64,000 bases of DNA from Chthonomonadales bacterium (GCA_037443035.1 JBBIPC010000003.1:58951-122950), one strand, 5' to 3'. Shown: positions 31,010-40,387, counted from the stretch's first letter. Made by a program: numbers and translations. Notes: a model not told the origin generated them from the sequence alone.

Positions 31010-31311
31010 CGTCGCGGCGGTCCCCCCGGGCGTCCGCCTATCTTGCCTGCGGCTGCGAGCAGAAGCATGCGGGCCGACTGCTCGTTGCCATAGGCAAGTT
31101 CCTTGACGATGAAAGTCCGCTCCTCCTGCGTCAGCTTGCTCCAATCGCCGTCTGTGCGCTTCGCGATCTGGCTCAGCCGGTCTCCTGATTGACGTTGCTC
31201 AGGCGTCAGACCATCGCTGGATCGCTTGCAGCCAACTCCCCACAATAGGAGGCAGCAGGCTGCCGCCAGCCCAAGCTGGCGGCAGCGACTGTACCGTTTG
31301 CGCGACGCCAT
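31006..31311 (-). CDS. Small lipoprotein, partner of the pilin-like gene
   Basis: Basic N-terminus, hydrophobic stretch, lipobox WGVG-C; starts 4 nt after the pilin stop. Confidence 0.7.
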   Translation of the reverse strand: MASRKRYSRCRQLGLAAACCLLLWGVGCKRSSDGLTPEQRQSGDRLSQIAKRTDGDWSKLTQEERTFIVKELAYGNEQSARMLLLAAAGKIGGRPGGPPRR

Positions 31312-31315
31312 GACC

Positions 31316-32140
31316 CTAGGGAGCATTGACGAGCCAGCGCTGGGGGTTGAGGAGATCGGCAGGACGCACGGCCTTTGCGTGACCGTCGGCGTATGCGCAG
31401 TTCGCGCCGCCCGAATGCTTGCGCCAAGCCGCAGTCAGGCGCGCATTCCAGCCCTCCGGTGGAAGGAGGACGATGCTAGTCACGAGCCAATCCGCCCAAA
31501 CCATGGACGCCGTACCCCAGCACCAATCCACCTCAGTATTGGCATAGATGCCACTGCCGCACCACCAATCGTTGACGTTCCACAAGCCCTCTATGAGCAT
31601 CACGACGTCGGCTGGCCGACCTACCGCCGCCAACGGCGTCGCGTTCTCTACGCCGCCGTACGTCACGCCCACCGGCATCAGCCCCTGGGGTGCGGTCACG
31701 CCGAATGCAGTATTCGTCCCGGAGGCATCTCGATTGAACGCGTTCACCATCAAGGACTGCATCGCAGGTCGTCGGTTCGGGCCCAGGCTCGTCTCGATGG
31801 AAGGATCGACGGAAGGCGGGTCATTCGGGCACCGGAAGATGTCTCGGTTTTTCATGTAGGGCTGGACGCACAGGACGCTGGACCAGAGATAGTGGTTGGC
31901 TGGCCAGGCGCCCCAGTTGTTCTGGTCTACGAACTCGGACTTGGGGTAGTTCTCGTCATAGTCCTGTGTGTACATCAGCACCGCCAGCGCCGTCTGTTTC
32001 AAGTTGCTCAGACAGGAGGTCTGTCGAGCCTTCTCGCGGGCCGTGGCAAAGACAGGAAAGAGGATCGCCGCCAGTATGGCGATGATCGCGATGACAACGA
32101 GCAGTTCGATGAGGGTGAAACCTCGCGCGCGTGCGCTCAT
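31316..32140 (-). CDS. Prepilin-type N-terminal cleavage/methylation protein with DUF1559 and H-X9-DG domains
   Basis: [50 protein letters not shown]-terminal [13 protein letters not shown]. Confidence 0.92.
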   Translation of the reverse strand: MSARARGFTLIELLVVIAIIAILAAILFPVFATAREKARQTSCLSNLKQTALAVLMYTQDYDENYPKSEFVDQNNWGAWPANHYLWSSVLCVQPYMKNRDIFRCPNDPPSVDPSIETSLGPNRRPAMQSLMVNAFNRDASGTNTAFGVTAPQGLMPVGVTYGGVENATPLAAVGRPADVVMLIEGLWNVNDWWCGSGIYANTEVDWCWGTASMVWADWLVTSIVLLPPEGWNARLTAAWRKHSGGANCAYADGHAKAVRPADLLNPQRWLVNAP

Positions 32141-32163
32141 GAGCTTTGCTCCTTTCTTACCGG

Positions 32164-33237
32164 TCAAATGGACCGGCTGTTGTCGACGTTGAACTCGCTC
32201 TGCGGGGACGCTCCAGAACTTGACCGTACAGTCAGTGAGACGGGCAGCCTGACCTGTGGAACTGGAATCTCTTCACCCCGCATCTGGGCCATGAGAAGTC
32301 GTGTGGCCGTCATGCCCATCTCCAGGATGGGCATGTGCACGCTAGTGAGCGGAGGGTCGGTGGTCTCGGCAAGCCACGTGTCGTCAAAACCAACCAGCGC
32401 AAGGTCGTCCGGTGCCCGCAACCCAAGCTCCTGCATCCGCTTCAGGACACCAACGGCGCAGAGGTCATTGGCCGCGAACACCGCTGTCGGGCGAACATCC
32501 GGCGGGAGGCTCAGGAGCCGGTCGAGACCTCGAACGCCGTCGGACCAGTCGAAACCAGCCTCGACGACAAACCGTTCGTCTACTTTCAGTCCGGCATCAG
32601 CCAGGGCATCTTCGTAGCCCGCCCGACGCTGCCGAGACGTCGCGATGTGCGGTGTGCCGACGAGGTGGGCGATGCGGCGATGCCCCAGTTCGATGAGGTG
32701 CTGCGTGGCGATCCGCCCACCGTGGTAGTCGTCCGCGTTTACGGAGCATTCGTCTGGCATGGGATCGTGCACGACGGTAACGTAAGGGAACTGCTTGCGA
32801 CGGCAGTGCTCCAGGAGAGAAGTGCCCGGGCGCGGGAGAACGATCACCAGGCCGTCCACTCGGGGCGACACGATGCCGCTTTCGACGGGTGTCTTGCCGT
32901 CTTCGGCGGCTGCGGTGAAGAGCAGGATGTTCTGCTGTTCGGTGATGGCCTGTTCAACGACACCGGCCATGACGCCGCGGCAGAAGGGATTCTGATCCCC
33001 GAATGCGTGGACATAGGGCAAAACCCCGCCGATGGCGCCGGCCTTCCGAGTCTTGAGCCCGCGCGCAGGGGGGGGGGGGACGTAGCCAAGCTCTCGGGCG
33101 ACGTTCCGGATTCGCTCCCGTGTCTCCCCACTGACCCGCGTGCTGGCCGATACGTTTCCACTCAGGGCCGTGGAGGCCGCTGCAATTGAGACACCGGCGG
33201 CCTTCGCAACGTCCCGTATCGTCACGCCTTTGCGCAC
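32164..33237 (-). CDS. LacI family transcriptional regulator
   Basis: [48 protein letters not shown]. Confidence 0.94.
   Translation of the reverse strand: MRKGVTIRDVAKAAGVSIAAASTALSGNVSASTRVSGETRERIRNVARELGYVPPPPARGLKTRKAGAIGGVLPYVHAFGDQNPFCRGVMAGVVEQAITEQQNILLFTAAAEDGKTPVESGIVSPRVDGLVIVLPRPGTSLLEHCRRKQFPYVTVVHDPMPDECSVNADDYHGGRIATQHLIELGHRRIAHLVGTPHIATSRQRRAGYEDALADAGLKVDERFVVEAGFDWSDGVRGLDRLLSLPPDVRPTAVFAANDLCAVGVLKRMQELGLRAPDDLALVGFDDTWLAETTDPPLTSVHMPILEMGMTATRLLMAQMRGEEIPVPQVRLPVSLTVRSSSGASPQSEFNVDNSRSI
33068..33079. repeat. G12 homopolymer tract in the LacI hinge coding region
   Basis: 12 consecutive G (C12 on the coding strand), within the stretch encoding YVPPPPARG. Confidence 0.9.
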
Positions 33238-33258
33238 CCGCGCACTCCTGGCGAAATG

Positions 33259-33278
33259 GTGATGAACCGTTTCATCAC
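33259..33278. promoter_or_regulatory. LacI-type operator palindrome
   Basis: GTGATGAA-CCGT-TTCATCAC with 8-bp perfect arms and a central CG, between the -10 box and the LacI start. Confidence 0.75.
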
Positions 33279-33285
33279 TGACGCC

Positions 33286-33314
33286 AGTATATCATGATCG
33301 CATTCCACTGTCAA
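33286..33314 (-). promoter_or_regulatory. Sigma70 promoter of LacI-pilin operon 1
   Basis: On the minus strand: TTGACA, 17 nt spacer, TATACT. Confidence 0.8.
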
Positions 33315-33563
33315 GGGCTGTTGGGCGAATCGTTGGATCCGAATGCAGGGAGCTGCTACGAGCAGAGCGGAACGGTTGGGTGAGAGTTCGCGCTATCGCA
33401 CATACAGCGTTCTGCCACACCCGGCTCGTTCACAGCGACAGCCACCTCGACTCTGCGGTCGTTGGAGCACGGACGCTGATACTCGGCGGGAAGGATCTCT
33501 GCCGCCATTAAGCCGGCGACCGGCGCTGTCGCCCTGTGTGGCGATAAGCTGCGTCTGCCCCTC

Positions 33564-35177
33564 TTACTTCGGCTTCTTGTTCTTGGCGAACCACTCCAGC
33601 AGAAGGCGCTTGCGATCGGTCGGGGTGGGGCTTGGCTTTGTGTCGTTGCGGTCTTCGGAGTGCTCAACGCTCCAGCCGCTCCATTCGCGAAATGCGTGGT
33701 AGCTCCAGTCCCAGCCGTGTTCTTCGAAGATCTCGATGAGGTCCTTGAGGTACCGATAGGCGCTGTTGTCAGGGGCCCAGCGTATGGCGCTGAACTCGCC
33801 GATGTAGATATGAACGCCGTATCGCTGCTGGAACTCGACAACGGGCTTCAGTGCGGCATCCAACGCCGCTCTGTCCCACTGCTTCCCCTCGATGAAACCG
33901 GGGTAGCGATACTGCCTCGTGCCGTCGTCATACACTCCCTGGTGGGTAAACGCAGACGGCAGATACATGTGCACGCTGTAGACGACGTTAGGGAGGTCGA
34001 GGGGTTGAAGCTGCTCCAGGCCTGCGGGACTACCCCACGGAGCAGGCTCGACAATGATGGCATGCTGCCTATCCACGCTGCAGATGGCACGCGCTGCCTT
34101 CTCGGCGAGCTCCTGCCAGTCCGCCAGGTCCTCTTCCACCGTCCCTTCCACGGGCTCGTTGGCCAGGTCGTAGCCCCAGACAGCGCGCGAGTTCCGATAC
34201 CTCCTGGCGATGCGCTGCCAGTTCTCGACGAACTTTGCCTGACATGCAGCGTTGTTGAACAAACCCGCGTCGGATCCCGCATAGCCGCCAGATGTCACGC
34301 GACCACCTGGCGGGGAATGGAGATCCACGACGACCTTCAGCCCGTACTTCTCGCAGAGGGGTAAGGCAGCGTCGAGCTTCCTCAGTTCGCCCTCGAGCCA
34401 GCGATCGTACGCCTCGAGATCCAGCGGTTCAGCAGCGTTCTGCGTGCCGCGCCGCACCAGTTGCCATCGGATCAAGTTGGCGTTCCATTCCGTTCCCAGA
34501 ACGCGCAAGCTCTCCGCACTGATGTCCGGGTCCACCATGACACCCCGAAGGCGGGGAAGAGTGTGTCCTTTGTACACACGGCCGCTGTTGCTTCGGGACC
34601 TCACAGGCACAGGGGGCCGCTGTACCTTCACCTGGATATCGTCGAACCACGCCTTACCGCTGACTGCCTCCAGGCCAAGGTAGAGAGTCATCTCCGTGGC
34701 GTCTCGAGGAATGTAGACTGGGAAGCTCACGCGCTGCCATTCGAACGTCCCGACACCCAGCTCCGCCTGGGGCCACTGGCGCCCGCTCTCGGCGACAATG
34801 GCGGCCATGAACTTCACTCCATTCCAAGGCTGCGGCTTCTGGCTTACGTTCTCTGCCCTCACCATACCTGTGAACATGAGCCGGCAGCCTCGCAGTCGCT
34901 CTACGCGGATCGGGATCCATGCCATGGCCGATCCTGCCGCCGAACCCTCGGAGCGGTGCACACTGAGAGACTGCGAACTGCTGTACCCGCGCTCCAAGCG
35001 CAGCGAACCGTTCCATCCCCGCAGCGCATCGGGACCTTCGAAATCGGCCCTGAAGACCACGTCGCCCTTCCTCGGAGAGTTCTGCACGTGGGAATGACAT
35101 AGGGGTGCCATCGCAAGGAGACCTGCCACGAGAAGGCCTGGCCTCCAACCTCTCGCCCAACTACCTACGAACCGCAT
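33564..35177 (-). CDS. Secreted GH5 family glycoside hydrolase with an N-terminal CBM-like domain
   Basis: Signal peptide; beta-sandwich ending WFDDI; ANLIRWQL, VVDLH, YDLANEP, SVHMY, YIGEF, WDWSYHAFREW; GGAGG RBS before ATG 35177. Confidence 0.85.
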   Translation of the reverse strand: MRFVGSWARGWRPGLLVAGLLAMAPLCHSHVQNSPRKGDVVFRADFEGPDALRGWNGSLRLERGYSSSQSLSVHRSEGSAAGSAMAWIPIRVERLRGCRLMFTGMVRAENVSQKPQPWNGVKFMAAIVAESGRQWPQAELGVGTFEWQRVSFPVYIPRDATEMTLYLGLEAVSGKAWFDDIQVKVQRPPVPVRSRSNSGRVYKGHTLPRLRGVMVDPDISAESLRVLGTEWNANLIRWQLVRRGTQNAAEPLDLEAYDRWLEGELRKLDAALPLCEKYGLKVVVDLHSPPGGRVTSGGYAGSDAGLFNNAACQAKFVENWQRIARRYRNSRAVWGYDLANEPVEGTVEEDLADWQELAEKAARAICSVDRQHAIIVEPAPWGSPAGLEQLQPLDLPNVVYSVHMYLPSAFTHQGVYDDGTRQYRYPGFIEGKQWDRAALDAALKPVVEFQQRYGVHIYIGEFSAIRWAPDNSAYRYLKDLIEIFEEHGWDWSYHAFREWSGWSVEHSEDRNDTKPSPTPTDRKRLLLEWFAKNKKPK

Positions 35178-35259
35178 AGATACCCGCCTCCTCTCCCTTC
35201 TGGCGAAGCGCTCTGCTGGGTTAGAGGCCCGACGGAGATAGCTCTTGTGACACAAGCCT

Positions 35260-36408
35260 CTAGTAGACGGCGGCCTCCGTCTGCTTGTCGAACAGGTGGC
35301 TCTTGTCCATGTCGAAGACCACCTCCAGCTCGTCACCTGCACGGGCTCGGGTCTTGCTGTCGATCATGGCGATGAGCTGGTGGCTTCCGGCCGTGAGGTA
35401 CATCTCCACGTCATTGCCTAGCGGCTCCACAACGTCCACTCCCACCTTGACCGTGTTCCCGGCCGTCGGCTTGATGAGACCCTCCAAGTTTCGATCGTAG
35501 ATGTCCTCTGGTCGAATGCCGAAGATGCAATCCTTGCCGACTTCCGATTCGATCCGATCGCCTTTGTCGTGCGGCAGCTCCACCTGAAAGGAGCCTGCGT
35601 CGGCGATGAAACGATCACCGTCCTTCTTGACAGTTACGGGGATCATGTTCATGGCAGGCGAGCCGATGAAGCCAGCGACGAACATGTTCGCGGGATGGTT
35701 GTAGAGGTTGAGAGGCGTATCGCACTGCTGCATGACGCCAGCGTTCAGAACCGCGATGCGGTCGCCCATGGTCATTGCCTCCACCTGATCGTGAGTGACG
35801 TAGATGGTGGTGATGCCCAGGCGACGATGGAGCTTGATCAGCTCGGCACGTGTCTGCACGCGAAGCTTGGCGTCCAGGTTGGAGAGCGGTTCATCCATGA
35901 GGAACACCTTCGGCTCTCGCACGATCGCTCGTCCCAGCGCCACGCGCTGCCGCTGACCACCAGAGAGTTGCTTGGGCTTTCGCTGCAACAGACTTTCCAA
36001 GCCTAGAAGACGCGCTGCCTCGTTGACCCTCCGATCGATTTCCTGCTTGCTGAAGGCACGCCTGGTATTGAACGGCCAGGGCTTTCCGGTGGGAACCCGC
36101 TTGAGCCGCAGACCGAAACTCATATTGTCATAGACGGTCATGTGGGGATACAGCGCGTAGTTCTGAAACACCATGGCGATATCGCGATCCTTGGGCGAAA
36201 CATCGTTCACCACGCGGTCGCCGATGAGTATTTCGCCGGAAGTCGCCTCCTCCAGGCCAGCGATCATCCTCAGAGCCGTCGTCTTGCCGCAACCGGATGG
36301 GCCGACAAGCACCAGGAATTCCTTATCCCTGATTTCCAGCGTCAGCTTATTGACCGCGATGACCTCTTTGAACTCTTTCGTGAGCTCTTTGAGCGTTACG
36401 CTTGCCAT
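35260..36408 (-). CDS. Sugar ABC transporter ATP-binding protein (MalK/MsmX/UgpC family, TOBE domain)
   Basis: GPSGCGKT, VFQNYALYPHM, LSGGQRQR, DEPLSNLDAKLR, FVAGFIGSP. Confidence 0.93.
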   Translation of the reverse strand: MASVTLKELTKEFKEVIAVNKLTLEIRDKEFLVLVGPSGCGKTTALRMIAGLEEATSGEILIGDRVVNDVSPKDRDIAMVFQNYALYPHMTVYDNMSFGLRLKRVPTGKPWPFNTRRAFSKQEIDRRVNEAARLLGLESLLQRKPKQLSGGQRQRVALGRAIVREPKVFLMDEPLSNLDAKLRVQTRAELIKLHRRLGITTIYVTHDQVEAMTMGDRIAVLNAGVMQQCDTPLNLYNHPANMFVAGFIGSPAMNMIPVTVKKDGDRFIADAGSFQVELPHDKGDRIESEVGKDCIFGIRPEDIYDRNLEGLIKPTAGNTVKVGVDVVEPLGNDVEMYLTAGSHQLIAMIDSKTRARAGDELEVVFDMDKSHLFDKQTEAAVY

Positions 36409-36496
36409 ATCCTTATGGCCCTCCTTGGCGCCGCCTCTCCCGTTGCGATGATGGGGCCCTCCGCTCGATGAGTCAACCCGACCGCTCGGCCCCCTC

Positions 36497-37615
36497 CTAT
36501 TCTATGTTGTTCAGTTCGGCCTTCAGCAGGTCTATTCCTGCAATGTCCGTGGGATCCACTCCAGCAAGCAATGCTGCGTAGACGGAGACGAAGTCGCCGA
36601 AGTAGAGCAACGATAGCATACGCTCCATCAATGTCGTGCCCTCTGCCCACACCTCGTGTTGTTCAGCCCGATTGCCGATGACCGTTCGGAGGACGTCCAC
36701 ACGCCGCGCAATGCGGGGCGTCGTCTCAGTCTCTGCCGGATCGCGAAGATACACCACCGACCATGCGTAGGACTGCTGTAGTGCCTGATCCCACCCCAGA
36801 ATCTCGTTATGGTTCTGCTCGGGCAGCACATTGGCAAATGCGTGCACCTTGGCGTTCTCGTTGAACTGGCCTTTCCAACGTACCGCTAGCACTCCGCGGT
36901 AGCCCTGCGTACCGTAGAAGATGGGGATCCGCCCATGGAGGGCGACTGCAAGTTGTTTTGCCCGATTCCTTTCGAGGAGCACCTCGCGCCTCCATTGCAG
37001 CGCGCAGGTCTCCAGCAACGGAAGGGCCTGCTCTACTGCCCGGAGGGAACAGGAGGGCTCGAGCTCGGTGCTCGCCGCGACAACGGCAAGCATCGGGATG
37101 AAGAGGTAGCCAGTCGAAGCCCTCGGTGGGCGCCCACCCGGAACTCTGCACACAGGCACGCCATCCCTGGATGCCTTTTCGGCCAGCTTGCCCCCGCTCG
37201 TCACGCACGCTAGCTTGCAGCCTCGCTGACGCGCTTGTTCGTACGCACTGAGCGTTTCCTCCGTATTGCCCGAATAGGAGGACGCTACGACCAGCGTGTC
37301 CGGGCCTGCGAAGCCCGGTAAGTCATAGTCCCTGTTCACCACCACAGGGACATGACCGCCGCTCTCCACCAGCACACGTACGAGATCGCCGCCTATGGCC
37401 GACCCACCCAGACCCGTGATGATGATGTTGGCGGGACGAGCTGCTGGATCCAGGGTGCGGGTGAAGCTCGCAGCAATCGCCAGGGCCTCGCGACACTGCA
37501 CGGGGAACTGCTCGGTCAGACCTAGCATTCCCCTCCCATCCAGGATACGTATGGCATCAAGGTTGTCCAGAATCTGCGGCTGGACAACACGCGGGTTGCT
37601 CGAAATGTGCATCAT
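36497..37615 (-). CDS. Bifunctional phosphoglucose/phosphomannose isomerase (SIS family)
   Basis: GLGGSAIGGD, SSYSGNTEET, TSGG, PR, RWKGQFNENAK, PEQNHNE, GVDP...K. Confidence 0.9.
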   Translation of the reverse strand: MMHISSNPRVVQPQILDNLDAIRILDGRGMLGLTEQFPVQCREALAIAASFTRTLDPAARPANIIITGLGGSAIGGDLVRVLVESGGHVPVVVNRDYDLPGFAGPDTLVVASSYSGNTEETLSAYEQARQRGCKLACVTSGGKLAEKASRDGVPVCRVPGGRPPRASTGYLFIPMLAVVAASTELEPSCSLRAVEQALPLLETCALQWRREVLLERNRAKQLAVALHGRIPIFYGTQGYRGVLAVRWKGQFNENAKVHAFANVLPEQNHNEILGWDQALQQSYAWSVVYLRDPAETETTPRIARRVDVLRTVIGNRAEQHEVWAEGTTLMERMLSLLYFGDFVSVYAALLAGVDPTDIAGIDLLKAELNNIE

Positions 37616-37716
37616 CTATTCCTAGTGACTCGAAGTGCGGCCCGGTGCCACGCGCACAACCGGCACATGGCTCCGGGCCTTGGCCCACAGCTGCAATGCC
37701 GGCCAAGCGAAAGGCA

Positions 37717-37971
37717 TCAGCCCTCGGCCACGAAAGACAGAAGCGCCATGTGGCGTGCTCGCTTGATGGCCTCTGCTAGCATCCGCTGGTGTTTGGCACA
37801 GGTTCCTGTGCTCCGACGTGCCACGATCTTGCCACGTTCCGTCTGGTAGCGGCGCAGCTTGGTGGCGTTCTTCCAATCGATCCGCTCGACCTTGTCTACG
37901 CAGAACGCGCAGACCTTGCGTCGAGGTCTCCTCCACTTACCAGGAGTTCGCTTCTTGGCAGGTGCTGTCAT
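37717..37971 (-). CDS. rpsR: 30S ribosomal protein S18 (Zn-binding form)
   Basis: [33 protein letters not shown]. Confidence 0.96.
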   Translation of the reverse strand: MTAPAKKRTPGKWRRPRRKVCAFCVDKVERIDWKNATKLRRYQTERGKIVARRSTGTCAKHQRMLAEAIKRARHMALLSFVAEG

Positions 37972-37990
37972 ATCCTATTGTTCCTCTATC

Positions 37991-38437
37991 CTAAATTGCT
38001 GCGAAGGGATCATCCTCGAGGGTGTCTTCGACAGGCTCCTCGACCGCCGGAGTCTGGCTGTGAACGTCCAATTCTGTGTCCGCGGCATCATGAGCCTCCT
38101 CGGCTAAGCCCTCCTTCGGCCTGTCTAGCCCCTGGATGCTATCGACAACCACCTCGGCCGACCAGCGGCGTGTTCCGTCCTGTGCATTCCAGGATCGGAT
38201 CTGGAGGCGTCCCTCGACAGCGATGAGCCGGCCCTTCTTGAGGTAGTTGCGCGCAAAGTCCGCTTGCGTTCCCCATGCAACAAGATCGATGAAATCCGTC
38301 TCGCGCTCGTTGGTCTCCGGATTGCGTCCACGCCGATCCACGGCAATCCGCATTTTCGTCACCGGGTTGCCCTTCTGCGTATAGGATCCATCGGGGTCCC
38401 GGACAAGCCTACCGATGAGGATGACTCTGTTGAGCAT
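37991..38437 (-). CDS. ssb: Single-stranded DNA-binding protein
   Basis: LNRVILIGRLVRDP, KGRLIAVEGRLQ, acidic tail DDPFA. Confidence 0.96.
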   Translation of the reverse strand: MLNRVILIGRLVRDPDGSYTQKGNPVTKMRIAVDRRGRNPETNERETDFIDLVAWGTQADFARNYLKKGRLIAVEGRLQIRSWNAQDGTRRWSAEVVVDSIQGLDRPKEGLAEEAHDAADTELDVHSQTPAVEEPVEDTLEDDPFAAI

Positions 38438-38492
38438 GGCTCGCTAACTCCTTGCCGCATTGTCGCGGCGACACAGTACGGAGTTTCCCCGT

Positions 38493-38795
38493 TCACTCCT
38501 CGTCGGGGTCTAGCCGCACGATGATGTGGCGGAGGATGCTGTCATGGATCCGCAGCACGCGGTCTAGCTCGGCAGGTACGGTCTGGCCGGCCTCGAACTG
38601 CATGAGAACGTAAGTTCCCTCCCGGCGCCCCTCGATGGGATATGCCAGAGGGCGGCGACCTTGCTCCCACAGCCCAGCTTCCGAAACGACACCGCCCATG
38701 TCCGTTACTACCTGCTTGAAACGCTCGATGATGGGTTCGAGCTCTTCGTCTGGTACATCGGGGTCAACGATGTACATCGCCTCATAGTGGCGCAC
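38493..38795 (-). CDS. rpsF: 30S ribosomal protein S6
   Basis: MRHYEAMYIVDP, GRRPLAYPI, ELDRVLRI..SILRHII. Confidence 0.95.
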   Translation of the reverse strand: MRHYEAMYIVDPDVPDEELEPIIERFKQVVTDMGGVVSEAGLWEQGRRPLAYPIEGRREGTYVLMQFEAGQTVPAELDRVLRIHDSILRHIIVRLDPDEE

Positions 38796-38805
38796 GATAC
38801 CGTAC

Positions 38806-38850
38806 TCCTCCCTTCGGTCAGTGGCTCCGGTCTACCCGGAGCAGGAAGTG
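38806..38850 (-). ncRNA. S6:S18 ribosomal protein leader (autoregulatory cis-element)
   Basis: Minus strand CUUCCU-GCUCCGG-GUAGA-CCGGAGC-CACUGACCG-AAGGGAGG: an inner stem plus an outer stem that sequesters the rpsF Shine-Dalgarno. Confidence 0.7.
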
Positions 38851-39044
38851 TCATCAGCCGCATGATGCAGCCGCGCACGCCCCCCGGTGATGCCACGAAC
38901 CCAGGTCATCGCCCAGCGGGACAGCAGAGTATACCCACATTCTGCCAGACAACAAGGACCCAATGCTCCTGTGGCGAATACTCCACTGTACCGCGGCCGC
39001 GGTCGGCATTCGACAGTCCAGAGTCCGTCTGGAGGGCAAGAACC

Positions 39045-40376
39045 ATGAGCCAGACCCGAGGGAGATCGTTGCGAACGCAACCCGTCAGTCGGCGCGAGTT
39101 GATGGCAAGCGCACTAAGGACGACGGCGTCCCTTGCGTTGCCTGCCATCGTGCCGGCTTCGGCGCTGGGCAAGGGAGGCCGCAAACCGCCCAGTGAGCGC
39201 ATCGTCATGGCGTCCATCGGCGTGGGGGGCCAAGGAACCCAGCACGTGGTCGGCGGCATCTGGACGCCCACGGGAGGGCTCGTGGGCCGCGAGGATGTGC
39301 AGTATGTGGCAGCATGTGACGTGAACGCTCGGAACCTGGAGAACGCGCGGCGGCTCGTCAACGAGCGATACGGTAACCAGGACTGCAAGGTGTATCGCGA
39401 TTTCCGCGAACTGCTGGCTCGACCCGACATTGACGCCGTGCTGATCGCCACGGGTGAGCGATGGCACCCGCTCCTGACGGTTGCCGCCGCCAGGGCCGGA
39501 AAGGACGTGTACTGCGAGAAACCACTCTCCGTCACCATTCAGGAGGCCCTGGCGGTACGCGAAGCGGTCAAGCGCTACGGGATCGTCTTCCAGGTCGGCA
39601 CACAGCAGCGTTCCAGCCGCGCTTTCCGTTTCGCATGCGAGCTTGCCAGAAACGGTTACCTCGGCGAGCTCAAGGAGGTGGTCGTAGCGGTCGGTGGACC
39701 GGTTGGGCTGTCGGATTGCCATCTACCGGCCGAGCCTGTCCCGGAATGGCTGGATTACGACATGTGGCTAGGTCCCTGCCCCTGGCGTCCGTTCAACAAC
39801 GCCTATGTCTTCGGCTGGATGGGCTTTCGCGACTTCTCCGGTGGCGAGATGACGAACTGGGGCGCGCACCATTTCGACATCGCCCAATGGGGCATCGGTG
39901 CTGACAGCAGCGGTCCCGTGGAGATCATCCCACCCGATGGCAAGGATGTACGCGTAATAACCTACCGCTATCCCAATGGCGTGGTCATGACTCGCGACCC
40001 CGAACGGATGGCTAGGGAGTCGGGTCAGGGTAACGGAGTCATGTTCATTGGCACGCGTGGCAAGGTGGCCGTGTGGCGGTACGACTTGAGAACCTGGCCG
40101 GAAGGGTTGGCAAAGGTGGTCATTCGTCCCGACGAGGTACGCCTGCATGTGGCGGACAATCACCATACGGACTTCCTCGACGCCGTTCGCTCGCGCGGCA
40201 CTCCTGGTGCAGGGGTGGATGTTGCAGTGCGCTCCATCACCGTGTGTCATCTGGGCAATATCGCCTACGAGCTAGGCCGTCCCATCCACTGGGATCCCGT
40301 CCATGAGCGGTTCGTCAACGATCCAGACGCTAGCCGGCTCTTGGCCCGCCGCATGCGGCCCCCGTGGCGTTTGTAG
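39045..40376 (+). CDS. TAT-exported Gfo/Idh/MocA oxidoreductase
   Basis: SRRELM twin-Arg signal, IGVGGQG, DVYCEKP, QVGTQQRS, LDYDMWLGP, NWGAHHFD. Confidence 0.9.
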   Translation: MSQTRGRSLRTQPVSRRELMASALRTTASLALPAIVPASALGKGGRKPPSERIVMASIGVGGQGTQHVVGGIWTPTGGLVGREDVQYVAACDVNARNLENARRLVNERYGNQDCKVYRDFRELLARPDIDAVLIATGERWHPLLTVAAARAGKDVYCEKPLSVTIQEALAVREAVKRYGIVFQVGTQQRSSRAFRFACELARNGYLGELKEVVVAVGGPVGLSDCHLPAEPVPEWLDYDMWLGPCPWRPFNNAYVFGWMGFRDFSGGEMTNWGAHHFDIAQWGIGADSSGPVEIIPPDGKDVRVITYRYPNGVVMTRDPERMARESGQGNGVMFIGTRGKVAVWRYDLRTWPEGLAKVVIRPDEVRLHVADNHHTDFLDAVRSRGTPGAGVDVAVRSITVCHLGNIAYELGRPIHWDPVHERFVNDPDASRLLARRMRPPWRL

Positions 40377-40387
40377 AGGAGGTGGAG

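Noticed and set aside
31226..32617. 463-aa plus-strand ORF
   Set aside because: Antisense to well-supported pilin and LacI genes; no recognisable domain
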